Positions 47,449-56,940 of a stretch of 64,000 nucleotides of DNA are shown piece after piece. The notes below the pieces were generated by a model. That model was not told the origin of the DNA and did no database searches. It saw only the letters and a list, made by a program, of their open reading frames with translations. A program made the position numbers and the translations under genes. Origin of the DNA: Clostridia bacterium. Its GTDB lineage: Bacteria > Bacillota > Sulfobacillia > SLMV01. The stretch is taken from positions 369-64,368 of the forward strand of contig PUMM01000141.1 in NCBI GenBank assembly GCA_003551365.1, given 5' to 3'. Each line of letters opens with the position of its first letter. The stretch's first letter is position 1.

Positions 47449-49899
47449 GTGAGCTACGACGGTGATCGCGAGCTGGAAGATCTGGCCGACTGCATTCTCC
47501 GGGTGGCCGAACAGGCAGATGGAGAAAGAGATTTCCGACGTCGGATCATATCTATCCTGCGCGCACATGACCGCGGCTTTGCAGGGATGCATTCCGGGGA
47601 CAGCTGTGCGCAGCGGGAGAGGCAGAACTGTATACGGAAGCTGCACGAAGTTGCCGTACAGTTGGAGGACATCAATTGCGAACAGCAGGTGTACGAGCTG
47701 GCAGTGGCCGCGGTAGACGACCTCCTGGGTCTGGCAGCCGCAGTCAGCGAGGTGGCGGAGGGGGATACCTCGGTGCTGCGTGCCGAATCGCGAGCGTGGT
47801 CGGAGGAAGCGGCTCGCCCCAATTCTGTATACCGCCGCCTGAGGAATGAGAGCTTCCGTACCGGCCGCACCCAGTACCTCGCCGATATGCACAAGCATCC
47901 GGAGATGGTCACGGACCACCCGGCGCATCGTTCGGTGGTGAGTGTCCCGATCGGGGAGTTCGGCGTGCTTCAGTGTGCCTCCGGAGAAGAGGATGCTCCT
48001 GGCAGCGAAGTGGTTGAGGTCTTGGAGATACTGGCTCTTCATCTGGCTGCGGCAGTGCGGAGGATCCGCATCTGGCGACGGGGGAAACGAGAAAGGTCCG
48101 AGGCGGAGAGGCGGGTCTCGGAGTATGCCATGATTTTTTCCGGTATGCAGGATGGGATGTTTCTCGTGGAATCACGCAGTGATGCTGCGTTTTCTCTTCT
48201 GCGGGCCAATAGTGCCCTGGAGCGAATGACGGATGGAGGCCGCACCCGCGCCCGGGCGGGGTCGCCAGTTGACATGTTCGGCCCGGATATGCGTGGCGCG
48301 TTCACCCGTCATCTGCGCACATGTGCGGTTCAACAGGAGCCGGTCTCCTTTTTCGTCGAACTGCACACTGGTGATGGAGTGCGCTTCCTGTCGGTGCAGC
48401 TTTCACCCCTCCCGGCGGTGTCCAGTGATGTGAAGCGGCTCCTCGGGTCGGTTTGTGACCGGACCGCCGAAAGATGGACCGAGCGCGCTCTGGAGGAGAG
48501 TGAGGAGAAGTACCGGACCCTGGTTCACAACATCAATGATGCAATACTGATCGTGCAGGGTGGCCGGTGTGTCTTCGCCAACCCGGCGGCGGGCACGTTG
48601 ATGGGGTGCAGGTCCAAAGACCTGGTGGGTATGCAATGGCGTTGTATTGTGCACCCGGCCGAACGTGCCCGGGTGGATCGGATGGCTCGCGCGAGAAAGC
48701 GTGGAGATCCTGTTCCGGACATTTATGAAAGTGCCGTGGTTGATCATCGTGGCCGGGACGTTGACGTGGAATTTAATGTGAGTAGGACTACCTATCTGGG
48801 GCAGAGTGCCGTGTTCATCAGTATGCGGGATATCGGTAGACGGAAGAAGGTGGAGCGCAGGCTGCGTTACCTCAGCTTTCACGACCAGCTCACAGACCTT
48901 TATAACCGTGCCTACTTTGAGAACGAGCTCCGTCGTCTGGATGTTTGGCGCCAGCTCCCCCTTTCCGTCATCCTGGCTGACGTCAATGGTCTGAAGTTGA
49001 TCAATGACGTATTCGGCCACCAGGAGGGAGACCGGCTGCTGCGGGAGGTCGCCGATATACTGCGCAGCTCGGCGCGCGAGGAGGATGTGGTGGCCAGAAC
49101 GGGAGGAGATGAATTTGCCATCCTGATTCCACAGACCTCGGCCGGAAATGCGGAGGAAATCATGCGTCGGATTCACCGGCGCTGTGCGGAGTGGGATGAT
49201 GAATCCTTCTCTGTATCAGTGTCAATGGGCGTTGCTACCAAATCGGAGGAGGGCGAGGACGTCTGGGAAGTCTTCGGCCGGGCGGAGGAGCGGATGTATC
49301 AGGATAAGATGCTGCGGCGGGACAGTGCCAGAAATGCCATCATCAAATCACTGCGGGGTGCCCTGGAGGAAAAAACACAGGAGACCAGCGAGCACATGAG
49401 GCGACTGGAGGAACTGGGTGTGGCAGTGGGGCAGCGGCTGGGGCTGGCGGAGAGCAGTCTGAGCAATTTGGCCCTGCTGGCCCAATTGCATGACATCGGT
49501 AAGGTGGCCGTTCCGGCGTCGGTACTCGAGAAGGAAGGCCCTCTAGATCCCGCCGAGCGGGCTGAGATCCAGAGGCACACGGAGATCGGTTATCGTATCG
49601 CCAACAACAGCGTCGATCTGGCCTCCATCTCTGACTCCATCCTTTCTCACCACGAGTGGTTTGACGGCAGCGGGTATCCACGAGGATTGGCGGGGGATGC
49701 CATCCCATTGCTGGCGCGGATCCTCGCAGTGGTGGATGCCTTTGATGCCATGACCAGTGAGCGTCCTTACTGTGCGGCGATGAGTCGTGAGGAGGCGCTG
49801 GCTGAGGTGCGGGATGGGGCGGGAACTCAGTTTGATCCGGAGGTGGCGGGGGTCTTTCTCGCCATGATGGAGCACTCTGACAGGGATGCCTCTGGCTGA
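47449..49899 (+). CDS. GAF/PAS multi-sensor protein with GGDEF and HD-GYP domains
   Basis: Track ORF 47401..49899; GTG 47449 follows GGAAGGAG. ..HDQLTDLYNR..REEDVVARTGGDEFAILIP.. (GGDEF plus RxxD), ..HDIGKVAVP.. and ..HHEWFDGSGYPRG.. (HD-GYP). Confidence 0.85.
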   Translation: MSYDGDRELEDLADCILRVAEQADGERDFRRRIISILRAHDRGFAGMHSGDSCAQRERQNCIRKLHEVAVQLEDINCEQQVYELAVAAVDDLLGLAAAVSEVAEGDTSVLRAESRAWSEEAARPNSVYRRLRNESFRTGRTQYLADMHKHPEMVTDHPAHRSVVSVPIGEFGVLQCASGEEDAPGSEVVEVLEILALHLAAAVRRIRIWRRGKRERSEAERRVSEYAMIFSGMQDGMFLVESRSDAAFSLLRANSALERMTDGGRTRARAGSPVDMFGPDMRGAFTRHLRTCAVQQEPVSFFVELHTGDGVRFLSVQLSPLPAVSSDVKRLLGSVCDRTAERWTERALEESEEKYRTLVHNINDAILIVQGGRCVFANPAAGTLMGCRSKDLVGMQWRCIVHPAERARVDRMARARKRGDPVPDIYESAVVDHRGRDVDVEFNVSRTTYLGQSAVFISMRDIGRRKKVERRLRYLSFHDQLTDLYNRAYFENELRRLDVWRQLPLSVILADVNGLKLINDVFGHQEGDRLLREVADILRSSAREEDVVARTGGDEFAILIPQTSAGNAEEIMRRIHRRCAEWDDESFSVSVSMGVATKSEEGEDVWEVFGRAEERMYQDKMLRRDSARNAIIKSLRGALEEKTQETSEHMRRLEELGVAVGQRLGLAESSLSNLALLAQLHDIGKVAVPASVLEKEGPLDPAERAEIQRHTEIGYRIANNSVDLASISDSILSHHEWFDGSGYPRGLAGDAIPLLARILAVVDAFDAMTSERPYCAAMSREEALAEVRDGAGTQFDPEVAGVFLAMMEHSDRDASG

Positions 49900-50199
49900 T
49901 CTGCGGGATGTGCAGTGTGTAAGCTGCAGGATGATCAATCCGCATTTACCCCCTCGATAACTCTCCGCTTCGGTGTTGTGCAGGTCAGTTCCCAGCTGCG
50001 CCGCCGGAAGATCTGCCGCAGGCGGTTGCGAATATTTGCGTCCGCCGCAGAACCCGGCGATTCCATGTGCGTGGTCACATGGGTGGGCGGATTCCACCCG
50101 TGAGGTAGCTCTGCTCAGAGTGGACCACTCGGGAGGGGTGCGCATGCCTCACCGACCGGCTCACCTGGTGTTCCTGATCACTTTCCCGCGGCGCAGGTT

Positions 50200-51471
50200 T
50201 TACAGCTCGAATATCTCCCTGTGTATCTGGGCAGTCGGCACTCCCCGGTCTATCAATCCCTTCTGCAGGCTGCGGGTCATGGGAGGTGGGCCGCAGAGGA
50301 AATACTCGCATTCTGTGAGATCACTCGTGTACCTGCTGATCAAATCAACATCCAGGCGGCCCTTCACGCCCGGCCATTCGGGTTCACCCGACATGGCCAG
50401 AACTATTTTCAGGCCGGATATCCGGGTTTCGATGTCTCGCAGCTCCGCGCGGAAGAGCAGATTGCTCTCCCGTCTGTTGCCCCAGAAGAGAAGTACCTCG
50501 CGGTCTATCTGCTGATCCTGCATGTAGCGCAGCATACTCATAAACGGGGTGATGCCGATGCCTCCCGCCAAAAAGACCAGAGGGCGCCCGGCAGGGGCAT
50601 GCAGGAAGCTGAATACCCCGTAGGGAGCATCAATGAACGCCCTGTCTCCCGGGCGCGTGTGGCCCAGGGTGGAGGTGAAATCCCCCACTTCTTTGGCAGT
50701 CACGCTGAGCAGGTCTCGGGTTGGGCTGGAGGATATGGTGAAGGGGTGAGAGGCGGACAGTCTCCCGTCGCGCAGCAGCTGAAGATGCATGAACTGGCCG
50801 GGTAGGTATTCGGGAGAGCAACCGGTGAAGAACAGGCTCCAGGTATCCTCATTCTCCTGCTGTACTTCGGCAACTGTGAAGTGATTCTTGCGGACGGCGT
50901 GTATGTGCAGCAGGCGATGAACCAGAAGAAGCACGTAGGCGGTCGTAAGCGCCGCCCACAGCAGATACTGCTCGGGGGTGTGGGCCTGCATCCATACATG
51001 CACAAGCACCAGGGGAAAGCCGGCGTAGGTGAGCATGTGTACTGTCTTGAATACTTCGTATCGTAGGCCCAGCAGGCGGTAAGTCGAGGCCAGAGATGCT
51101 GCGCAGAAGATCAACACGAGGCCGATGGCGCCGGGTATCCGGTAGGGGGCCAGGGTGACCTGCCCGGGACCCAGCAGATCGGCGGCAATTGACAGGCCGA
51201 GATGGATCGATAGCAAGCCCACCGCCAGCCTGCCCATCCATCGGTGGTACGAGAGCATTTTATCCTGGCCGAGACGCCTCTCGATGATCCGAATCCTGCT
51301 GCTGAGTAAAAATTGCGCGAGCAGCAGGCCAATTGCCAAATGAGCAGCCAGACGGTGAATTCCGGTGATGAGATCGGTGTCGTAATCGGAAGGGGCGGTT
51401 GTCGTGCTCCACGTGAAGACCAACCAGAACAGGAGAAGCCCCACTGCCCCCCATAGATAAAGTTTCGGCAT
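50200..51471 (-). CDS. ferric-reductase-domain flavocytochrome (bacterial NOX/FRE-like: 6-TM heme domain + FAD/NAD(P)H dehydrogenase domain)
   Basis: Track ORF 50200..51492; ATG 51471 sits 6 nt after GGAGGGA. Multiple His-containing TM helices, then HPFTISSSP (FAD site), GGIGITPFMSML (NAD(P)H site) and FLCGPPPM. Confidence 0.75.
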   Translation of the reverse strand: MPKLYLWGAVGLLLFWLVFTWSTTTAPSDYDTDLITGIHRLAAHLAIGLLLAQFLLSSRIRIIERRLGQDKMLSYHRWMGRLAVGLLSIHLGLSIAADLLGPGQVTLAPYRIPGAIGLVLIFCAASLASTYRLLGLRYEVFKTVHMLTYAGFPLVLVHVWMQAHTPEQYLLWAALTTAYVLLLVHRLLHIHAVRKNHFTVAEVQQENEDTWSLFFTGCSPEYLPGQFMHLQLLRDGRLSASHPFTISSSPTRDLLSVTAKEVGDFTSTLGHTRPGDRAFIDAPYGVFSFLHAPAGRPLVFLAGGIGITPFMSMLRYMQDQQIDREVLLFWGNRRESNLLFRAELRDIETRISGLKIVLAMSGEPEWPGVKGRLDVDLISRYTSDLTECEYFLCGPPPMTRSLQKGLIDRGVPTAQIHREIFEL

Positions 51472-51547
51472 TGCTCTTCCCTCCAGACACAATTTGCTAT
51501 ATGAAAGACCGTTGATGCTTGCGTCAATCTGCGAACCGGGATCCCTC

Positions 51548-52546
51548 TTACGCGGCGCCGTTGCCCGGCCGAATGTCGCCAGTAGTTTCCAGTGCGGCAG
51601 GCCATCCCTCGCCTTCGTAGACCGTGGTCTTTCCGGTTCGTAGCCGCACCTGCACGCGGCTCTGCATGCTCTCGGTGACCCGCTCCTGCATACTCTCGCC
51701 CTCGGGCGAACGCAGTGTGCCTCCGGCAGTGCGCTTCATTTTCACGTCCATCTCGCTGTTGCTGCGCGAGACGGTGATGGATATGTGTTCATCACTCACA
51801 TCGATGTGTCGGAGCCGCGCCCCGTTGTAGGTGGTGAAGGCGTGCAGCTTTCCCCGGTGCAGCAGTCCAATGATGAATCCGCGAAATGAGGTGAGCATCC
51901 ATGGTACTGTAGCCACCGACAGGGTGAGGGAGGTGGCCTCAGAATCAAAGTGGTTGCACTGCATCCATATCCAGGCGGTCGGGAATCCCCTGCCCCAGTC
52001 CTTTTCGATATAGCCCCGCCCTCCATCCATGTCGACTTCTGCGTCGAGTATGTGAACTGAGCCCGTCAAAGAATGATCCATGCTCAACACCCCATGGTAG
52101 CACTGCATACGGGGGAGGAGTGCGAACGGTCCCATTATCCCCGGCGAGAGGAGGGAAACGGGCCAGGGGTGCAGGTGCCCGAACTGTACCTCGGCCTGTA
52201 TCCTGCGAGGTGAGGGGATATCCACCCGTATGGATGAGGCGCTGAAGTGATTGCGGCCGATCTTTACGGAGAAATTGCGGGGGTCGCACTGGAAGCTATC
52301 CGCGGGAAATCGGTGGTATTGTCCATGAGCACTGCGCCCGTCCAGCACCTGAATGAAGGCGTGTGTGTCCCGCCCCCGCTTACCCAGAAAGATGCCCGGA
52401 ATGATTGCAACGGGTTGACGTCGGGTCTCGTCGACCATCTTGAAGTACCATCCCTCGAAGTAGTTCTGGGTCTTCCCGTGTCCGTGATACAGCTCCGGTC
52501 GCCAGATGGCCCGCAGGCGGGCCTGCACCTCAGCGAGGGAGATCAT
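51548..52546 (-). CDS. tocopherol cyclase (VTE1/SXD1)-family protein
   Basis: ..NYFEGWYFKMVD.. and ..GRGYIEKDWGRGFPTAWIWMQCNHFD.. closely resemble the plant/cyanobacterial blocks FFEGWYFRV and [22 protein letters not shown] as I recall them. Confidence 0.75.
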   Translation of the reverse strand: MISLAEVQARLRAIWRPELYHGHGKTQNYFEGWYFKMVDETRRQPVAIIPGIFLGKRGRDTHAFIQVLDGRSAHGQYHRFPADSFQCDPRNFSVKIGRNHFSASSIRVDIPSPRRIQAEVQFGHLHPWPVSLLSPGIMGPFALLPRMQCYHGVLSMDHSLTGSVHILDAEVDMDGGRGYIEKDWGRGFPTAWIWMQCNHFDSEATSLTLSVATVPWMLTSFRGFIIGLLHRGKLHAFTTYNGARLRHIDVSDEHISITVSRSNSEMDVKMKRTAGGTLRSPEGESMQERVTESMQSRVQVRLRTGKTTVYEGEGWPAALETTGDIRPGNGAA

Positions 52547-52943
52547 GTCTGCACCGTGCAGTCCATGGGCTCGGCGGTCCGCCCACCCCTGCAGTTGACC
52601 GCGGCTGGCACATGCAGAGATTGATTGGGGCCACCGAGAAACGGCAGCACAGCAGCTACATCCATTTCCACCCGGGGACCTGTGTGGCTATCGGCTGCCG
52701 GGCCCTCATTCATCGGTGCATTCCTCTGTTTGTCGGCGATTGAGTGTCTCGACATGGGGCGCATCCTTCCTCTCATTGCTTTGAGACCTGATTATGAGGG
52801 AATAGATACTATTTAGTACATATCTTTTCATAATGATACCTGCTTTTTGTGCGCCGGACAACTGTTCACCCGCGTGTATACACTGCCGGATGGGCTCTAT
52901 GCAGTTGCCGCCGCGGGGCCCGGGACAGCAGCTTGCCCTCGCG

Positions 52944-52952
52944 TGGTATAAT
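52944..52952 (+). promoter_or_regulatory. candidate extended -10 element (TGGTATAAT) upstream of the YeeE/YedE genes
   Basis: TGnTATAAT match in an otherwise GC-rich region, about 165 nt upstream of ATG 53117. The -35 is poor (GGGACA with a 19-nt spacer). Confidence 0.3.
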
Positions 52953-53116
52953 TACTATGTAAGACAGATTGTTGATAAGATGCGACAGTGGTAGATGAGG
53001 CATCCTGGATGGCCGTGCCAGCACGCATTCCTTCCGGTAGGCCGGCAGTTCCGCTCGCCGGGATCCCCGGGTGCTCGTGCTGGTTCGCTCTGGTCGGGAA
53101 AGGAGAGTCACTTCTG

Positions 53117-53644
53117 ATGGTGATCGGTGATCATTTGACAGGCATCTGGCCGTGGTGGTTCGGTGGAGCCGTCATTGGCCTTCTGGTTCCGGTACTGTAC
53201 TACTTCTTCAACGTGGGACTGGGCGTTTCGACGGGCTATGCCAGCCTCATTCGTTCGGCAGTATCTCGCCCCAGGCTTCGCTGGTTCGGGTCGTCCGAGT
53301 TTGCCGATAGATGGAGCTGGCGATTGTTCTTCCTGCTGGGGATTATGTCTGGTTCATGGCTGGCGAACCACCTGGCGGGTGGTCATGCCGTCTCGTCCGA
53401 GCTCGGTCTCCTCACGGAAAGATTGGACTGGCCCATCGCTGCCCTGGGATTGCTCCTCGTGGCCGGGGGTTTTCTAATGGGATTGGGCGCCCGCCTGGCC
53501 GGCGGATGTACTTCCGGGCACAGTATCCACGGTCTGGCAACCCTGCAGTGGTCCAGTTTTCTGATTACGTTGACCTTTCTGGCATTTGGCGTTCTGTCTG
53601 CCAATGCGGTCCGACTGTTCCTGTTTTCGGGGGTGGGGTTGTAG
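53117..53644 (+). CDS. YeeE/YedE-family sulfur-compound transporter component (half-size)
   Basis: Track ORF 52988..53644; ATG 53117 follows AAAGGAG. ..GLGVSTGY.. and ..LAGGCTSGHSIHG.. are the conserved Cys-containing loops of the YeeE/YedE (DUF395) family. Confidence 0.75.
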   Translation: MVIGDHLTGIWPWWFGGAVIGLLVPVLYYFFNVGLGVSTGYASLIRSAVSRPRLRWFGSSEFADRWSWRLFFLLGIMSGSWLANHLAGGHAVSSELGLLTERLDWPIAALGLLLVAGGFLMGLGARLAGGCTSGHSIHGLATLQWSSFLITLTFLAFGVLSANAVRLFLFSGVGL

Positions 53645-54049
53645 ATGAAGATAGCCGTGTTTGCCCTGGGCATTCTCTTTGGTTTTGCGTTGACCCGGGT
53701 GGGTGCCTCGGAATACGACATGATTCACAACATGTTTACCGGACGGGATCTTACGCTGGCCGGGGTGATGGTGGTTGCGATCATTGTCGGTCTTTTGGGC
53801 ATGCGATTTCTGGGCTTGCTGGGTAACAGGACTATTGCTGGACAGGCCATACGTATCTCCCGTAAACCCCTGACGCGGGTCGGACTGTTTGGAGCTGCCC
53901 TCTTCGGAGCCGGGTGGGGCTTATCGGGGGCGTGTCCGGGGACCGTGCTGGCGCAGGTGGGATCCGGACGGACACTCGGCCTCTTCACCATGCTGGGCAT
54001 GCTCCTCGGCACCTACATCTATGCCCTGTGGATGCAGAGGGTATCCTGA
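53645..54049 (+). CDS. YeeE/YedE-family transporter component (second half-size subunit)
   Basis: The ATG directly follows the stop of the previous gene. MKIAVFALGILFGFALTRVGASEYDMI.. and ..GAGWGLSGACPGT.. are typical of the family. Confidence 0.75.
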   Translation: MKIAVFALGILFGFALTRVGASEYDMIHNMFTGRDLTLAGVMVVAIIVGLLGMRFLGLLGNRTIAGQAIRISRKPLTRVGLFGAALFGAGWGLSGACPGTVLAQVGSGRTLGLFTMLGMLLGTYIYALWMQRVS

Positions 54050-54129
54050 TGGAATGAGGAGACCGATGCCGGGGCGGTGCGGCAGAATGTGCCGGCGGCT
54101 CCGGTAGTATTGGGAAAGTGAGGTGTTTC

Positions 54130-55248
54130 ATGCATCGATTATTGCTTCTTCCCTTTGGACTGCTCGTACTTGGGTTGCTCGCATCGGCATTTCGCCTGAT
54201 CGGCCCCGGGACTCCGGGAGATGATTCGGATGCCCTTCATCTCCCATTCAATCCGAATAGTAATGTTGATTATGAAGACAGCAAGCTGCGGGAGATATAC
54301 CTCGCCGGCGGCTGTTTCTGGGGTGTGGATGCCTACATGTCCCGGGTATATGGGGTGGCGGAGGTGGTGGTTGGATATGCCAACGGGCGTACAGAGGACC
54401 CGACTTATGAGGATGTGCTGTACCGCAATACCGGACATGCCGAGACTGCCCGGGTGTCGTACGATCCGGAACGCGTCAGTCTGCGCGGCATACTGGATCA
54501 CTTTTTTCGCATCATCGATCCGACGGTGGTTAACCGGCAGGGTAATGATGTCGGGACGCAGTACAGGACCGGAATTTACTACACGGATCGACGGGACCTG
54601 TCGGTGATTCGCCAGGTTATGGGTGACGTGCAGGCAGAATACGAGGAGGCGCTCGCGGTGGAGGTGGAGCCCCTGGATGGGTTCTATCTGGCGGAGGAAT
54701 ATCATCAGAATTATCTGGAGAATAATCCCGGTGGCTATTGTCACGTGGACCTTTCGCTTCTGCAGCGAGAGGCCGAATCCGCCTCGGGATCTTTGGATCC
54801 CTCCCGCTACAGCCGACCGGATGATGCGACCCTGCGCGCAGAGCTGACTGACGAGCAGTATGCGGTGACGCAGCGCGATGCCACTGAACCGCCCCACCGG
54901 AATGAGTTTTACGCTCACGACGAGCCGGGTCTCTATGTGGATGTTGTGACCGGAGAACCCCTGTTCAGCTCGGCAGATAAGTTCTCCTGCAGCTGCGGTT
55001 GGCCCAGCTTCTCCCGCCCCATAGATCCCGCGGTGGTGACCTATCACGATGATCGGAGTCTGGGTATGCTCCGCACCGAGGTACGCAGCCGGGTGGGTGA
55101 TTCTCACCTTGGACACCGGTTCGAGGACGGCCCCGCACAGCTGGGTGGGCTTCGCTACTGCATAAACAGCGCAGCGCTACGCTTCATTCCCCTCGATCGT
55201 CTGAGGGATGAGGGTTATGGCGATCTGCGGCAGTTTATCCACCCATGA
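54130..55248 (+). CDS. msrAB: membrane-anchored bifunctional methionine sulfoxide reductase MsrA-MsrB
   Basis: ATG 54130 follows GTGAGGTG. N-terminal hydrophobic anchor, MsrA motif [10 protein letters not shown], and MsrB motifs [19 protein letters not shown] and RYCINSAAL. Confidence 0.9.
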   Translation: MHRLLLLPFGLLVLGLLASAFRLIGPGTPGDDSDALHLPFNPNSNVDYEDSKLREIYLAGGCFWGVDAYMSRVYGVAEVVVGYANGRTEDPTYEDVLYRNTGHAETARVSYDPERVSLRGILDHFFRIIDPTVVNRQGNDVGTQYRTGIYYTDRRDLSVIRQVMGDVQAEYEEALAVEVEPLDGFYLAEEYHQNYLENNPGGYCHVDLSLLQREAESASGSLDPSRYSRPDDATLRAELTDEQYAVTQRDATEPPHRNEFYAHDEPGLYVDVVTGEPLFSSADKFSCSCGWPSFSRPIDPAVVTYHDDRSLGMLRTEVRSRVGDSHLGHRFEDGPAQLGGLRYCINSAALRFIPLDRLRDEGYGDLRQFIHP

Positions 55249-55323
55249 TCGGGCGGCGCCATGGACCGACGGTGCCCGCCGCCTCGCTGTGGCGCCCCGA
55301 CGGGCGTGTCGGGCATCATCCGT

Positions 55324-56463
55324 TCACAATAGACTGAGGAGCTTATCCGCATCGTCCTCTGTACAATAGAAGTGGGGTGCGATGCGGAGTCCCATGCCGC
55401 GAATGCACGTGGATATTCCATTTTGCTGCAGGTGGGCGAGGAGTGCGTTATCCGTCTGTCGGGTGCCCGTACTGAGCGCGACTATGGGAGAGACTTCTTC
55501 ATCCCGCGTGTTGATGCGATATCCCCTCTCTTTCGCCCCCCGGCGGACTCGTTCGGCCACGCGGCTGGCCCGCTCGTGCACATTATCCACACCTATCTGC
55601 TGCAGCACCCCCAGGGAGTGACCGAGAGCGATGAGCCCAGGTTCGTTGGGTGCCCCGAGGTCGAATCTCCGCACGTCGTCGAGGAGCTCCAGGTGATAAT
55701 CCGGGTCTTCCACTTCTCGGGTTACTCCCCTGTATCCAGCCAGTGCCGGCTTCATTTCCTCCGTGAGTGCGCGCCGAATGTACAGAATTCCGAGGCCGCG
55801 ACCGGACATCAGCCACTTGAAGGTACCGGAGGCGACCACGTCCACCTGCAGCCCGTCCAGGTTCAGGGGAATCGCGCCCAGACCCTGTATGGCATCCACG
55901 ATGAGGAAGATGTCTCTTTCCCGGCACAGCTTTCCCAACCGTGCCAGATCGTGGGTGTAGCCGTTCTGGTACTGTACCCAGCTCAGACACAGCGCGCGGG
56001 TTCTACCGGAGATCTGGGATTCTATGCGGGCAAGATCCGGACCATAGCCCTCCCAGTTCAGCAACTTCACCCGGAATCCACGCCGCTCTGCGGCATTCAG
56101 AAAGGGATAAACCACGGAGGGAAACTCCATCTCGGGAATCAACACCTCATCCCCCGAGCCGAGGGGCAGGGAGGTGGCCGCGATGGCGAGTCCATGCGTG
56201 GTGGAAGAGGTGAAGGTGACCTCTTCCGCTGCGGCTCCGAGCAGGCGAGCCGTGCGTTCGCGCACGTGCTCGACACCTATCATTTCTCTACTGGCGTCTT
56301 CTTTTGATGGGGCGCCGCGTGCGGCGCTCTGCCAGAATTGGCTCATTGCCTTCATAGTATCGGCTGGGACAAGGCCGGCCGTAGCTGAGTTGAGGTAGGT
56401 ACACTCATCGCGGTGGGGGAACTGCTCATTGATGTACTCCTCCAGCTGTGGGGAGTCCCGCAT
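55324..56463 (-). CDS. class V aminotransferase / cysteine desulfurase-like PLP enzyme
   Basis: 379 aa; ..YLNSATAGLVP.., ..FLIVDAIQGLGAIPL.. and ..VVASGTFKWLMSGRGLGILY.. (PLP-Lys context) are typical of the class V fold. Confidence 0.8.
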   Translation of the reverse strand: MRDSPQLEEYINEQFPHRDECTYLNSATAGLVPADTMKAMSQFWQSAARGAPSKEDASREMIGVEHVRERTARLLGAAAEEVTFTSSTTHGLAIAATSLPLGSGDEVLIPEMEFPSVVYPFLNAAERRGFRVKLLNWEGYGPDLARIESQISGRTRALCLSWVQYQNGYTHDLARLGKLCRERDIFLIVDAIQGLGAIPLNLDGLQVDVVASGTFKWLMSGRGLGILYIRRALTEEMKPALAGYRGVTREVEDPDYHLELLDDVRRFDLGAPNEPGLIALGHSLGVLQQIGVDNVHERASRVAERVRRGAKERGYRINTRDEEVSPIVALSTGTRQTDNALLAHLQQNGISTCIRGMGLRIAPHFYCTEDDADKLLSLL

Positions 56464-56940
56464 CTGAAGTCACCTCATCCTTCCATGCCGCAAATATTTG
56501 CCCCGAACTTTTACTTGTTGACTTCGGGAGGTGCGGTGGCAAACCCTGCGTTTGTGCACCTGGTAGGGATAAGGGTGATTCTGGGTCATTCCCGCTGCCG
56601 CCGGAGTGAACGCGCGCGAAGATGAGGAGATCCATCTGACACGAAATCTGCGCTGGATAAACCGGATTGAGCCTCGCAGAGGTCAACCGGGCAAGAATCG
56701 CCCTGCGACCCCATGTCTGCCCGGCTCATGAAGGAAATCTACAGTGTCAATATTCTGACGCGCAGGTAGAGCACGGCACAAAAGCGAGCACTGGGAGGGC
56801 AGAGGATCATTGCTGAGAGAATGCATATGTACCTCTCCAGCGTGCAGATTTGGTGACGCTTCCCTGTAATGCCGGAGCGGGAATGCTGAGGCTTCAGTCC
56901 AGCTCGCATCTCCGCATTCTGCCCCGGATATCAGGTCAAA

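Noticed and set aside
56535-56560. T-box-like string on the reverse strand (GGGUUUGCCACCGCAC versus the T-box GGGUGGNACCGCG) upstream of the class V aminotransferase.
   Set aside because: The UGGN bulge context is not preserved. I found no Stem I specifier, AG bulge or GNUGNA elements, and there is no terminator U-tract. It is kept only as part of the unexplained-leader finding.
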